Shown here: piece after piece, positions 40,194 through 50,372 of the stretch
How the letters are laid out: every line of letters starts with the position of its first letter
Numbering within the stretch: the first letter of the stretch is position 1
NCBI RefSeq assembly: GCF_988243305.1
Contig: NZ_OZ547136.1
DNA: 64,000 bases
Direction: 5' to 3' (one strand)
Translations under genes and position numbers: made by a program
The notes under the pieces: model-generated
The model's database searches: none
Seen by the model: only the letters and a program-made list of their open reading frames with translations
What the model was told of the DNA's origin: nothing

Positions 40194-42344
40194 TTAGTGG
40201 TGCGAAGAGATCTTCACGCCGCCTTCCGGGATTGGAACGTACGGTGTTTCTTTGTCAGTACGTTTGTCGCTGTTACGCACCGCAAGCCAGGTTTTGAAAC
40301 CATAGAAGATGATGCTGTACACCACGATCAGGAACAGAATACTCAGACCTGCGTTGGTGTAGTTATTCACAACGATGTGGTTCATGTTGGCAATCTGCTG
40401 CGCCGTCAGGTCAGTACCGTTAGCAATCTTCTCTTTGTACTGGCTTGCCATGTAGAAGAAGCCTTCCATCTGCGGGTTGGTACTGAACAGTTTCAGGCCC
40501 AGCGCCCAGGTGGTGCAGATAAGCAGCCATACAGCCGGAACAACAGTTACCCAGATGTATTGGGTGCGCTTCATCTTAATCAGCACAACGGTACCCAGTA
40601 CCAGCGCCACGGCGGCCAGCATCTGGTTGGAGATACCGAACAGCGGCCACAGGCTCTTAACGCCGCCCAGCGGATCGACCACGCCCTGATACAGCAGGTA
40701 GCCCCACAGACCCACACAGCCCGCAGTACCGATGATACCAGCAACCAGAGAGTCGGTTTTTTTCAGGAACGGGATGAAGTTACCCAGCAGGTCTTGCAGC
40801 ATAAAGCGGCCAGAACGGGTACCCGCATCCAGCGCGGTCAGGATGAACAGGGCTTCGAACAGAATACCGAAGTGATACCAGAAGCCCATGTCAGCCATCG
40901 GCAGTACTTTGTGGAACACGTGAGCGATACCTACCGCCAGCGTTGGCGCACCACCTGCACGGTTCAGGACAGAAGGCTCACCAATGTCTTTCGCGGTTTG
41001 CAGGATCTGCTCTGGCGAAATCACGAAGCCCCAGGAGCTGACGGTCGCTGCCGCGTGTGCGGTAACGTCTTTCAGCTGCGCCATGATGATCGGCGCGTTC
41101 TCGCCACCCATTTCATGCAGGTTAGGCATGGTGATGCCAAGGCCAGCAGGCGGGGTATTCATCGCGAAGTAAAGACCCGGTTCGATGATGGACGCAGCAA
41201 CCAGCGCCATAATCGCCACGAAGGACTCCATCAGCATTGCGCCGTAGCCAATGAAACGCGCGTCGGTTTCATTAGCCAGCAGTTTCGGTGTCGTACCGGA
41301 AGAGATCAGTGCGTGGAAGCCAGATACCGCACCACAGGCGATGGTGATGAACAGGAACGGGAACAGAGCGCCTTTCCACAGCGGGCCAGTACCGTCAATG
41401 TACTGGGTCATCGCAGGCATTTTCAGTTCCGGGTTCAGCACCACGATACCCAGCGCCAGGCCGACGATAACGCCGATTTTCAGGAAGGTTGCCAGATAGT
41501 CGCGCGGTGCGAGGATCAGCCACACTGGCAGCAGTGCGGAAACAAACGCATAGCCAATCAGCGCGAAGGTAATGGTGGTGTCTTTAAAGGTCAGTGCCGG
41601 ACCCCAGTACGGATCGTGAGCAATCACGCCACCGAAGTAGATAGAGGCAACCAGCAGCACGATACCAATGACAGAGACTTCACCCACACGCCCCGGACGG
41701 ATAAAGCGCATGTAGATACCCATAAACAGCGCAATCGGTACGGTTGAGCAAACGGTGAAGACACCCCACGGACTTTCGGCCAGGGCTTTAACCACAATCA
41801 GCGCCAGGACGGCGAGGATGATGATCATGATTAAGAAACAGCCAAACAGCGCGATAGTCCCCGGTACTGGTCCCATCTCTTCTTTGATCATCTCACCGAG
41901 AGATGCGCCGTTACGGCGAGAGGAGATAAACAGCACCATAAAGTCCTGTACCGCACCGGCCAGCACGACCCCCGCCAGCAGCCACAGCGTGCCAGGCAGG
42001 TAGCCCATCTGCGCGGCGAGAACCGGACCCACCAGCGGACCAGCACCGGCGATAGCGGCGAAGTGGTGACCAAACAACACGTAACGGTTGGTCGGAACAT
42101 AGTTCAGACCGTCGTTGTTAATAACCGCAGGCGTCGCTCGCGTGGGGTCGAGTTTCATTACCTTCTGGGCGATGTACAGACTGTAGTAGCGATAAGCCAC
42201 CAGATACACCGACACAGAGGCGACCACGATCCACAGGGCACTGACGTGCTCCCCCCGACGTAATGCAACTACCGCGAGGCAGAATGCACCGATGATTCCG
42301 AGAATCACCCAGGGTATGTGCTTGAATAGTTTTTTCGTATCCAT
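40194..42344 (-). CDS. btsT: CstA-family pyruvate/H+ symporter BtsT (YjiY)
   Basis: The 721-aa ORF becomes 716 aa from MDTKKLFKHIPWVILG. It is polytopic and belongs to the CstA family. The position is as in K-12. Confidence 0.92.
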   Translation of the reverse strand: MDTKKLFKHIPWVILGIIGAFCLAVVALRRGEHVSALWIVVASVSVYLVAYRYYSLYIAQKVMKLDPTRATPAVINNDGLNYVPTNRYVLFGHHFAAIAGAGPLVGPVLAAQMGYLPGTLWLLAGVVLAGAVQDFMVLFISSRRNGASLGEMIKEEMGPVPGTIALFGCFLIMIIILAVLALIVVKALAESPWGVFTVCSTVPIALFMGIYMRFIRPGRVGEVSVIGIVLLVASIYFGGVIAHDPYWGPALTFKDTTITFALIGYAFVSALLPVWLILAPRDYLATFLKIGVIVGLALGIVVLNPELKMPAMTQYIDGTGPLWKGALFPFLFITIACGAVSGFHALISSGTTPKLLANETDARFIGYGAMLMESFVAIMALVAASIIEPGLYFAMNTPPAGLGITMPNLHEMGGENAPIIMAQLKDVTAHAAATVSSWGFVISPEQILQTAKDIGEPSVLNRAGGAPTLAVGIAHVFHKVLPMADMGFWYHFGILFEALFILTALDAGTRSGRFMLQDLLGNFIPFLKKTDSLVAGIIGTAGCVGLWGYLLYQGVVDPLGGVKSLWPLFGISNQMLAAVALVLGTVVLIKMKRTQYIWVTVVPAVWLLICTTWALGLKLFSTNPQMEGFFYMASQYKEKIANGTDLTAQQIANMNHIVVNNYTNAGLSILFLIVVYSIIFYGFKTWLAVRNSDKRTDKETPYVPIPEGGVKISSHH

Positions 42345-42623
42345 AGTAAAACCTGGCATTTTACTCGTCGTCTTTTGGCTTACAGGTGCGGCAGCTGCGT
42401 TCGTTCACCCCTGTCACTTACTGTTGTAAGCTCCCGGGGATTCACTCACTTGCTGCCTTCCTGCAAACCAAAATCCATAGAGTAATTTGTTAATCATAGG
42501 CCGAAGCCGTTCTAGGTTTGCGTTGCGTTTGAGGAGGTAAATTGACCGCTATCCTGCAGTGATGTTGCCAGAGATACGCGCGCGTAAAGTAAGGTAAATA
42601 ACTGAGTGGTTATTTTAGGGATG

Positions 42624-42651
42624 TAAGCGGTCAGGAATGGCGGTGAGCGGT
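42624..42651 (-). promoter_or_regulatory. Putative BtsR (YehT) operator: direct repeat ACCGCT(C/T)A upstream of btsT
   Basis: On the minus strand, accgctca (42644-42651) and accgctta (42624-42631) are separated by 12 nt. This resembles the published YehT motif ACC[G/T]CT[C/T]A direct repeat in the yjiY promoter. Confidence 0.55.
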
Positions 42652-42694
42652 TGGGCAAGAATTATTCATCGGGTGGATATGTGATTGAGATCAC

Positions 42695-42730
42695 AATAAA
42701 AATGCCCCTTCGACGAATGCGTGAAGGGGC
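42695..42730 (-). terminator. Rho-independent terminator after hpaC (left edge of the hpa block)
   Basis: The arm gccccttc (42704-42711) pairs with gaaggggc (42723-42730). On the minus strand the hairpin is followed by atttttatt. Confidence 0.7.
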
Positions 42731-42736
42731 TGGAGC

Positions 42737-43249
42737 TTAAATCGCAGCTTCCATTTCCAGCATCACCGGATGGAAACGGCGTTTAAAGTAGATAAGTCCG
42801 TGACCTTCTGCACTGAGGATGATGTTTTTAATCTCCACCAGATACACCAGATGTGTGCCAATTGCCTGCACATCGCGGATCTCACCTTCAAGACTGGCCA
42901 GCGAACCTTTTAGCACCGGCTGCGCCAGCGGACCTTTTTGCCAGCATGAGAGGCTAAAACGCTCTTCCATCGCCATGCCTGTCATGCCCGCGAAGTGGCG
43001 TGCCATCAGTTCCTGCTCATGGTTGAGGACGTTGACGCACAACTTGCCGTTGCCCTGAAAAACCGGGTTCATCGCACTGTTGGCGTTAATGCACACCATC
43101 AGCGACGGTGGTGTATCCGTGACCGAGCAGACAGCCGTTGCCGTAATCCCGCATTGTCCGGCGTCGCCCTCGGTGGTGATAATATTTACCGCTGCCGACA
43201 GGCTGGCCATTGCGTCACGAAAGCGCAGGCGTTGTTCATCTAATTGCAT
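42737..43249 (-). CDS. hpaC: 4-hydroxyphenylacetate 3-monooxygenase, flavin reductase component
   Basis: 170-aa ORF of the flavin-reductase family (NIITTEGDAGQCGITATAVCSVTDTPPSLMVCIN). It lies downstream of hpaB. Confidence 0.92.
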   Translation of the reverse strand: MQLDEQRLRFRDAMASLSAAVNIITTEGDAGQCGITATAVCSVTDTPPSLMVCINANSAMNPVFQGNGKLCVNVLNHEQELMARHFAGMTGMAMEERFSLSCWQKGPLAQPVLKGSLASLEGEIRDVQAIGTHLVYLVEIKNIILSAEGHGLIYFKRRFHPVMLEMEAAI

Positions 43250-43266
43250 CTTAACCTCCTGCTGCG

Positions 43267-44829
43267 TTATTTCAGCAGCTTATCCAGCATGTTGATATCG
43301 TCGTTGTTGTGCAGGTGCGGCACAGTCCAGCCGTTCTGGTCGTATTCCGACAGGCAGCGATCAACCATCGCCATCATCTTGTCCATATTGCCGGAGCTTT
43401 GTGCCTGGCGCAGACACTGCAGGCGAATCTCATCCTGGCTACCGGAGTAGTTGATTTCATACAGTTCGTGACGACCACCAAATTCGCTGCCAATAGCATC
43501 CCACATCAGTTTGAGGATCTTGATGCGCTGGACGTGATCCATACCGTTCGAACCGCGCACATACTTCGCCAGATACTGGTCGATCTGCGGATTGTTCAGG
43601 TCACGGGCACTGGAAGGGAGATAGATCAGGCCACTGGTAACGTTGCGTTCGATAATGTTTTTGATCTTCGCGTAGGCCATTGGTGCCAGTACGCGATAGG
43701 TTTGCAGTGCGGCATGATCCGGTAAATAAGCCCCGTTGACCCACGGCGTCGCTTCTGAACACATCGAGTCACTCAATGCCCAGAAGGTGTTGCGCCACGC
43801 CACCACTTCACCGAGATCGGCCTGCACACCACGGAACTCCAGGGTGCCGGTACATTCGAGTGATTTTTTCAGCAGTGCCGTAATGAAGTCGAGTTTCACT
43901 GCCAGGCGCACACAGGCTTGCAGCGGATACATACGGGCGAAACCGCCTTCCATCGTCCAGCGACGGCAGCGATCAAAATCGCGGTAGATCAGCACGTTTT
44001 CCCATGGGATCAGCACGTTATCCATCACCAGAATCGCATCGTTCTCATCGAAGCGGCTGGAGAGCGGGTAGTCGTACGGCGAGCCGGTAGCACCCGCGAC
44101 CATCTCATAAGAGGCGCGGGAGATTAATTTCACGCCATCGGCATCCATTGGCGCAACGAACATCAGTGCGAAGTCCGGGTTTTCGCCCATCACTTGTGCC
44201 GAGCCGAAGCCAATCATGTTGTAGTGAGTCAGCGCCGAGTTGGTGGCAACCACTTTCGCACCGCTGACGATAATCCCGGCGTCAATCTCTTTTTCCAGCT
44301 TGATGTAAACGTCTTTCACTTTATCGGTCGGCAAATGACGATCAATCGGTGGGTTAACAATCGCGTGGTTAAAGTAGAGGCCAGTTTCCTGAATACGGGT
44401 GTACCAGTTACGGGCGTTCTGCTCGAACTGACCGTAAAAGCCCGGATTCGCGCCCAGTGCGCAACCGAAAGCAGCCTTGTAGTCTGGGGTACGGCCCATC
44501 CAGCCATAGCTCAGGCGTGACCACTCAGCGATGGCGTCGCGTTGCTGGCGCAGGTCGTCGGCACTTTTCGCCACGCGGAAGAATTTATGGGTATAGCCGC
44601 CGCTGCCGGTGTCGGTGTTCCAACACAGAGAGTCCTGCATCTCCGGTTTGTGCAGCGCGTCGTACAGTTGGGCAACAGACGCTGCCGCATTACGAAATGC
44701 CGGATGAGTGGTGACGTCTTTCACTCGCTCGCCATAGATATAGATCTCGCGACCATCCTGCAGGCTTTTCAGATACTCTTCCCCGGTGAACGGACGTTGG
44801 GTACTGGCGCGGAAATCTTCTGGTTTCAT
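43267..44829 (-). CDS. hpaB: 4-hydroxyphenylacetate 3-monooxygenase, oxygenase component
   Basis: 520-aa ORF of the HpaB family (MKPEDFRASTQRPFTGEEYLKSLQDGREIYIYGERVKDVTTHPAFRN). Confidence 0.93.
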   Translation of the reverse strand: MKPEDFRASTQRPFTGEEYLKSLQDGREIYIYGERVKDVTTHPAFRNAAASVAQLYDALHKPEMQDSLCWNTDTGSGGYTHKFFRVAKSADDLRQQRDAIAEWSRLSYGWMGRTPDYKAAFGCALGANPGFYGQFEQNARNWYTRIQETGLYFNHAIVNPPIDRHLPTDKVKDVYIKLEKEIDAGIIVSGAKVVATNSALTHYNMIGFGSAQVMGENPDFALMFVAPMDADGVKLISRASYEMVAGATGSPYDYPLSSRFDENDAILVMDNVLIPWENVLIYRDFDRCRRWTMEGGFARMYPLQACVRLAVKLDFITALLKKSLECTGTLEFRGVQADLGEVVAWRNTFWALSDSMCSEATPWVNGAYLPDHAALQTYRVLAPMAYAKIKNIIERNVTSGLIYLPSSARDLNNPQIDQYLAKYVRGSNGMDHVQRIKILKLMWDAIGSEFGGRHELYEINYSGSQDEIRLQCLRQAQSSGNMDKMMAMVDRCLSEYDQNGWTVPHLHNNDDINMLDKLLK

Positions 44830-45055
44830 GTCGACCTCTACAGTATTAATCGGAATACGATTGTTAATTTTGTGTGTTGTTTTTGTTATTCAATTGAATC
44901 GTTGAACGCGGTTGTCGGGAAGAGACGTTTCAGGCGAACGTTGGTACTTTTCGCCAGCAAGGTGGAGTTAAATAGTAAACTGCGATCGTGATCAACTTAC
45001 AGTAAGGCAAATCATAATATTCCCCGCTAACAAGGGCTAACGGGGACGGAATTGT

Positions 45056-45994
45056 TTATGGGGCGAATGGAATGGTAATCGTCATATTTTCATGACCAAC
45101 GACGATAGGGCCTGAATAGTTTTTCTGTGCTTCTTGCTTCCATGTTTCATCCGGAACGGTGATTGGTACCAGGTGGCTAAGGATGAGTTTTTTCACTTTT
45201 GCTTCATTGGCAATTTTGCCTACATCCTCAATAGTCGTATGGTGAGAAGCAATGGCTTTTGCCAGTGTTTTACCATTGCCAATACTGTCTGCCAGCTTAG
45301 CGACGGAGGGCTCATGTACGGCCTCATGCACAAGTATATCAGCGCCTTCTGAGAAAGTTGCCAGTGGGGGAAAGTACGAGGTATCTCCTGAGAAGACAAT
45401 TCGCTTGCCTTGTGTGTCGAAGCGATAAGCAAAAGCCTCACCGTCAGGGAAAGGAGAATGAGGAACCTTTAATGCAGTCACGGTCACGGTATCATCTTTA
45501 TAAACTACGCCTTCACCAACATCTTGAGCTGTAACGAGCTTGCGAGGATCGGGTTTTCCTTCTTCTTCCATACGCAGTGTGATGTCCCGATCGAAGACCT
45601 GCCAACTGGCAGCGGTCATGGCTCGGGTACCTGGCGGACCGAACACATGAATATTTTTGTCCTGCAGACCGCTAGCCCATGCATTCATTAAGACTGAGGG
45701 ATAGTCCAGAATATGATCACTGTGTAAATGGGTGAGTAAAATATTATCAATCTGGCGCAGTGGAATATTATTTTTTACCAGTTGTAAGCTGGCCCCGTAA
45801 CCAGCATCAATTAACCATGTTTTATTGCCAATAATAAGTGCCGTTGCCATCGGCAAACGGTCAGCTTTTAATAAAGAAGGGCCACCTTTCGTTCCAAGTA
45901 GTACAATTTTCATTTCTTGCAGTTCGGAGGCGTAGGTGAATGCCACTGGCGCAATCAGGCACGCCACAAATAGTGAGCGTAAAGATATTTTCAT
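45056..45994 (-). CDS. Secreted metallo-beta-lactamase-fold hydrolase (function unknown)
   Basis: 312 aa from MKISLRSLFVACLIAPVAFTYA, a Sec signal peptide; the track start at 46051 would overlap hpaA. The MBL motif is LLTHLHSDHILDY, followed by later His/Asp ligands (HEAVH, SHL). The gene is visibly more AT-rich than the flanking hpa genes. Confidence 0.8.
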   Translation of the reverse strand: MKISLRSLFVACLIAPVAFTYASELQEMKIVLLGTKGGPSLLKADRLPMATALIIGNKTWLIDAGYGASLQLVKNNIPLRQIDNILLTHLHSDHILDYPSVLMNAWASGLQDKNIHVFGPPGTRAMTAASWQVFDRDITLRMEEEGKPDPRKLVTAQDVGEGVVYKDDTVTVTALKVPHSPFPDGEAFAYRFDTQGKRIVFSGDTSYFPPLATFSEGADILVHEAVHEPSVAKLADSIGNGKTLAKAIASHHTTIEDVGKIANEAKVKKLILSHLVPITVPDETWKQEAQKNYSGPIVVGHENMTITIPFAP

Positions 45995-46020
45995 GTCGAG
46001 TCTCTCAGGTTGATAAATGG

Positions 46021-46914
46021 TCAGCGACCACGGAATTGTGTTGGTGAGCAACCCATCATTCGGTTGAAAAAACGGGCGAAATAGGCGGGATCTTTGTAGC
46101 CAAGATCAAGGGCAATCTGGTTGATGCTTTGCTCGCTATAGAGCAGAAGCCGTCTGGCTTCCCGGCTCATTCGTTCGAAAATCAATCTCTTCGGCGATTG
46201 ATTGGCAAAACGTCGGCATAGCTCGGTAAGCCGTGATTCACTCATACCGAGCATTGCTGCATATTCAGGGACCATTAAATGTTGGCGATAATTTTCGTCA
46301 ATCAGCCGATTAAACTTCTGGAATAAACACATCTCGCCGCGCACGCTGCATGTTGAAATATCATTTGGTGGTGCTTCACGCAGTAGGATTGTAAAAATAC
46401 TTTGCGCCAGTGATTGCAATAGAATTTCCCGTCCTGGCTTATTTTGTTGAAACTCCAGGGATATTATCGGCCAATAATGATTTAATGCCGCCAGTGTATG
46501 TTCCATTCCCTCCAGCGACAGACAGATACCTTGTAGCATTGCGGCATCTCCACTACCAGGCCAGAGCTTTTCTACCAGGGGCCAAATTAACTCCTGACGT
46601 ACGGTCAGAACATGCCCGTCGCTATCAGGCTCAGTAAAGAAAGTATGTGGCACCGATGGTGGTGTTAGTACAAAAAGCGGTGCGCGCACAGAATAGAAGT
46701 GCTCATCCAGCTGTAAAGTAATGCGTCCAGTGACCAGATAATGGAGTTGAAAATATCTATCGTGCCAGTGAGGGCGCATATCGCGTCCAAAGAAATTCGC
46801 TAACCTGGCAAATGTTTCATAATGCACATCTTCACCAGCGTAGCGGGCATCATATTCCCGGACCAAATCAATATTTTCATAACCATGTTCAAAGATAGCT
46901 TCACTGGACATCAT
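46021..46914 (-). CDS. hpaA: AraC/XylS-family activator of hpaBC
   Basis: 297-aa ORF with a cupin-like N-terminus and a C-terminal AraC HTH (INQIALDLGYKDPAYFARFFNRMMGCSPTQFR). It lies within the hpa cluster. Confidence 0.9.
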   Translation of the reverse strand: MMSSEAIFEHGYENIDLVREYDARYAGEDVHYETFARLANFFGRDMRPHWHDRYFQLHYLVTGRITLQLDEHFYSVRAPLFVLTPPSVPHTFFTEPDSDGHVLTVRQELIWPLVEKLWPGSGDAAMLQGICLSLEGMEHTLAALNHYWPIISLEFQQNKPGREILLQSLAQSIFTILLREAPPNDISTCSVRGEMCLFQKFNRLIDENYRQHLMVPEYAAMLGMSESRLTELCRRFANQSPKRLIFERMSREARRLLLYSEQSINQIALDLGYKDPAYFARFFNRMMGCSPTQFRGR

Positions 46915-46920
46915 GACTCC

Positions 46921-48288
46921 TTATTGCGGTTTTGGTGCGATAAGTTCAGATGAAAGAGAGTGTTCCCGACTCCCCATAGGAATTCGGGTCATGACTAACG
47001 CGCCCAGTACCAGTAATCCTGCTACAAACCACAAACCTGAGCTAAAACTGCCGGTTGCATCTTTCAAAATACCGATAAGTAATGGACTGACTGCTGAACC
47101 TACATTACCGACAGCATTGATGACAGCCATCGCAACGGCACGCGATTGCAAGCTTATTACTTGATCCGGTGTCGTCCAAAAGATAGCCATTGCGGTAAAT
47201 GATCCCATTGAGGCCATAATGATGCCGCTCAGTTGAATGAGGCTGTGATCAGTCGCAGAAGCGAGTAACCATCCGGCAGCGGCAAACAGGTAGGGAAGAA
47301 TCGTATGCTTTTTGCGTTCTTTAAGACGGTCGGAACGACGACTCCACCAGATCATGCCAAAAATTGTGCAGAATTGGGGGATGGCCGCCAGCAAACCAAT
47401 CATGATGTTGCTACTGCCAGTATTGAAACTCTGTAGGATTTGCGGCGTCCAGATATTAATCGCACTCAGAGTATTGGTCAGGCAAAAATAAGCAAGTGTA
47501 TATAGCATGATGGCTGGGGTCAGGACTTCACGTAAGGTTGAGCGTGGAACAGATGCATGGGCAAATGCACTCTCTTGTTCACGGAGAATCATCGTTTTTA
47601 AAGCCTGTTTTTCGTTTTCATCAAGCCAGGTCGCCTGGTCTGGTGTATCGTTGAGATAAAACCAGGTGACGACACCAAGAATGACCGATGGCAGACCTTC
47701 CAGCAAAAAGAGCCATTGCCAGCCTTTTAGATTCCACAGTCCATCCAAGGCCAGAATGTAGCCTGAAAGGATCGATCCCAGCATCATAGTGACTGGCATC
47801 GCTATCATAAATAAGGCATTGGCTCTGGCCCGATGATATGCCGGGAACCACCAGGTCAGATAAACCAAAATACCAGGTAAAAAACCCGCCTCAGCAATAC
47901 CAACCAGCATACGCAGTAGATAGAGTGTTTCGGGGCTTGTTGCAAACATTGTGCAGGTGGAAGCAACTCCCCAGACCACCATGATCCCAGCGATCCATCG
48001 ACGAGCGCCAATTTTCGCTAACATCATATTACTGGGGATCCCGCACATGACGTACGTGACATAAAAGAGTGTCGCGGCGAGGCCAAACATTGTGGACGTC
48101 AGGCCAAGATCCTTGCCCATTGTCAGTCCGGCAAATCCTATATTGATGCGATCAAGAAACGAAAAAACAAACAGAATAAAAAGAAAAATGATTAGGCGAC
48201 GAAATAATTTATTAATGACACGATGTTCAATTTCAACAGTTTTATTATCTTTATATTGCAGGGTAGAGGTCGTCATGATGCGCTCCAC
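46921..48288 (-). CDS. hpaX: MFS 4-hydroxyphenylacetate permease
   Basis: 455-aa 12-TM MFS ORF between hpaI and hpaA. An alternative start is Met5, at 48276. Confidence 0.88.
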   Translation of the reverse strand: MERIMTTSTLQYKDNKTVEIEHRVINKLFRRLIIFLFILFVFSFLDRINIGFAGLTMGKDLGLTSTMFGLAATLFYVTYVMCGIPSNMMLAKIGARRWIAGIMVVWGVASTCTMFATSPETLYLLRMLVGIAEAGFLPGILVYLTWWFPAYHRARANALFMIAMPVTMMLGSILSGYILALDGLWNLKGWQWLFLLEGLPSVILGVVTWFYLNDTPDQATWLDENEKQALKTMILREQESAFAHASVPRSTLREVLTPAIMLYTLAYFCLTNTLSAINIWTPQILQSFNTGSSNIMIGLLAAIPQFCTIFGMIWWSRRSDRLKERKKHTILPYLFAAAGWLLASATDHSLIQLSGIIMASMGSFTAMAIFWTTPDQVISLQSRAVAMAVINAVGNVGSAVSPLLIGILKDATGSFSSGLWFVAGLLVLGALVMTRIPMGSREHSLSSELIAPKPQ

Positions 48289-48297
48289 ATCGTACGT

Positions 48298-49101
48298 TTA
48301 GTAGACAGAGTTGTTGTTTTGCTTCGCCATCGAAATAGAAGAACTATTACCAAACCGTGCTGCCAGCGCTTCGGCGGCGCGGGCGAGCAGGGTGGTGTCA
48401 ACGCCGACGGCGACAAATAGCGCGCCCAGTTCCAGGTAGTGTTTTGCCAGTTGCTCATTGGCGATCAGGATACCCGGCGCCTTACCCGCTTCGCGGATCT
48501 GCACGATCGCCTGCTCAATCGCGGCCTGCACTTCCGGGTGTTGCGGATTACCGGCATAACCCATATCGGCGCTCAGATCCGCCGGGCCGATAAACACGCC
48601 GTCGACGCCTTCCACGTCCAGAATCTGCGGTAAGTTCTTCATTGCCTCACGCGTTTCGATCTGCACCAGTACGCACATTTGATCGTTGGCTTTTTGCAGG
48701 TAATCCGGAATACGGTTCCAGCGCGAGGCGCGTGCCAGCGCACTGCCCACACCGCGAATACCGGCGGGGGGATAACGGGTGGCGCGTACCGCTTCACGGG
48801 CTTCGTCGGCGTTTTGTACCATCGGCACCAGTAAGGTTTGTGTGCCGACGTCCAGCAGTTGTTTGATTTGCACCGGATCGTTCCACGATGGGCGTATCAC
48901 CGGCTGGCTGGGGTAGGGCGCAATCGCCTGTAGCTGGGTGAGCACGGTTTGCACGTTATTCGGCGCGTGCTCACCGTCGATCAATAACCAGTCGAATCCT
49001 GCTCCGGCCAGTAACTCTGCGCTGTAGCTGCTACTCAGCCCCAGCCATAATCCGATCTGCGGGCGGCCTGCTTTCAGCGCCGCTTTAAAACTGTTTTCCA
49101 T
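48298..49101 (-). CDS. hpaI: 2,4-dihydroxyhept-2-ene-1,7-dioate aldolase
   Basis: 267 aa from [22 protein letters not shown]. The track ORF's 47-aa N-terminal extension overlaps hpaH and was rejected. It is a class II (HpcH/HpaI) aldolase. Confidence 0.9.
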   Translation of the reverse strand: MENSFKAALKAGRPQIGLWLGLSSSYSAELLAGAGFDWLLIDGEHAPNNVQTVLTQLQAIAPYPSQPVIRPSWNDPVQIKQLLDVGTQTLLVPMVQNADEAREAVRATRYPPAGIRGVGSALARASRWNRIPDYLQKANDQMCVLVQIETREAMKNLPQILDVEGVDGVFIGPADLSADMGYAGNPQHPEVQAAIEQAIVQIREAGKAPGILIANEQLAKHYLELGALFVAVGVDTTLLARAAEALAARFGNSSSISMAKQNNNSVY

Positions 49102-49111
49102 CGTTCTCTCC

Positions 49112-49915
49112 TTAAACAAAGCGGCAGCTAATGGAGCCCATGTTGCCGTAATCGACGTGGAAGGTGTCGCCCTTACGCGCCGGAACCGGGCGGGTGAACG
49201 AACCGCCGAGAATGATTTGCCCGGCTTCCAGTTGTACGTCATACGGTGCGAGTTTGTTCGCCAGCCAGGCTACGCCGTTTGCCGGATGATTCAGCACACC
49301 AGCGGCGACGCCGGTTTCTTCAATCACGCCATTGCGATACATCAGGGCGGAGATCCAGCGCAGATCCAACTCATCGGGCTTAATGGGACGACCGCCGAGG
49401 ATCACCCCGGCGTTGGCGGCGTTATCGGAAATGGTGTCGAACACTTTGCGCGGGCGCTGGGTTTCCGGATCGATGTTGTGGCAGCGAGCGTCGATCAGCT
49501 CCAGCGCCGGGATCACATAATCCGTGGCGTTGTAGACGTCGAACAGCGTGCAGTTTGGTCCACGCAGCGGTTTTGCCAGCACGAAAGCCAGCTCCACTTC
49601 AATGCGCGGCACGATAAAGCGATCGGTCGGGATATCGCTGCCATCGTGGAAGAACATGTCATCCAGCAGGGCACCGTAATCCGGTTCGCTGATTTGCGAG
49701 CTGGCCTGCATCGCTTTCGAGGTCAGGCCGATTTTGTGGCCTTTCAGCGTACGGCCTTCGGCAATTTTCAGGCGGACCCATTCGCGCTGCACCGCGTAAG
49801 CGTCTTCGATGGTGATCTCCGGGTAATCCAGCGAGATCGCGCGGATCTGTTCGCGCTGTTTTTCTGCCTGATCCAGACGCTGGGCGATCAGGGTGTGGGT
49901 GTGTTTATCGAACAT
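49112..49915 (-). CDS. hpaH: 2-oxo-hept-3-ene-1,7-dioate hydratase
   Basis: 267 aa from [20 protein letters not shown]. It belongs to the FAH/hydratase family and sits in the hpa cluster order. Confidence 0.9.
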   Translation of the reverse strand: MFDKHTHTLIAQRLDQAEKQREQIRAISLDYPEITIEDAYAVQREWVRLKIAEGRTLKGHKIGLTSKAMQASSQISEPDYGALLDDMFFHDGSDIPTDRFIVPRIEVELAFVLAKPLRGPNCTLFDVYNATDYVIPALELIDARCHNIDPETQRPRKVFDTISDNAANAGVILGGRPIKPDELDLRWISALMYRNGVIEETGVAAGVLNHPANGVAWLANKLAPYDVQLEAGQIILGGSFTRPVPARKGDTFHVDYGNMGSISCRFV

Positions 49916-49982
49916 GGCGATATCCTGTGGCATTGCCGGATGCGGCTGCGCCTTATCATCCGGCCTGGAAGCTGGTACAAAT

Positions 49983-50363
49983 TTATTTAAACAACGCGTG
50001 TACGTTGTTCTGTTTGAAATTCAACGTCGGGTGCAGCTCTGCAATCTCAAATGAAAGCGCCAGGTAACGGCTCTCCATCAGTGAGGCGAAGTGCGTTTTA
50101 ATCAGATCAAACAGCATTTCGCCTACTTCCTGACGGCTTTCCAGACTGCGCCCGCTGCCGATTTTTAGCGTCATATGCACAAAGGCGTAATCGTGCTTGC
50201 CATCAGCCATTTGCCAGGTATCGATCCAGTGCGCCCGGCTACGTATTCCCCCAAGCGGAAAAATCCCCGTCGCCGCCAGTGCAGTGTTAACACTGGCAAA
50301 CAGCTCAGGTAAGCGGGCTTCTTGACGAATATTTTCAGTACATTCCACGATAAAGTGCGGCAT
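49983..50363 (-). CDS. hpaF: 5-carboxymethyl-2-hydroxymuconate isomerase
   Basis: 126-aa ORF starting [12 protein letters not shown], i.e. the tautomerase-superfamily N-terminal Pro1. Confidence 0.9.
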   Translation of the reverse strand: MPHFIVECTENIRQEARLPELFASVNTALAATGIFPLGGIRSRAHWIDTWQMADGKHDYAFVHMTLKIGSGRSLESRQEVGEMLFDLIKTHFASLMESRYLALSFEIAELHPTLNFKQNNVHALFK

Positions 50364-50372
50364 GGTGGTTCC

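Noticed and set aside
40197-41747. 516-aa ORF on the + strand, antisense to btsT
   Set aside because: It lies entirely inside the well-supported btsT CDS on the opposite strand. The translation is Arg/His/Gln/Asp-rich and low-complexity, with no motif and no Shine-Dalgarno. This is the typical shadow ORF of a GC-rich, codon-biased gene.
45995-46051. Extended start of the MBL-fold hydrolase, overlapping the hpaA 3' end
   Set aside because: The extension (MLTNTIPWSLTIYQPERLD) precedes a textbook signal peptide that begins at Met20. Starting at 45994 removes the overlap with hpaA.
48298-49242. Long (314-aa) version of the hpaI ORF overlapping the hpaH 3' end by 131 nt
   Set aside because: The N-terminal 47 residues ([22 protein letters not shown]...) are not aldolase-like. 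The conserved HpaI N-terminus [12 protein letters not shown] starts at 49101, 10 nt after the hpaH stop.
49157-49990. 277-aa ORF on the + strand, antisense to hpaH
   Set aside because: It is a shadow ORF of hpaH. The sequence is low-complexity and it has no independent start context.
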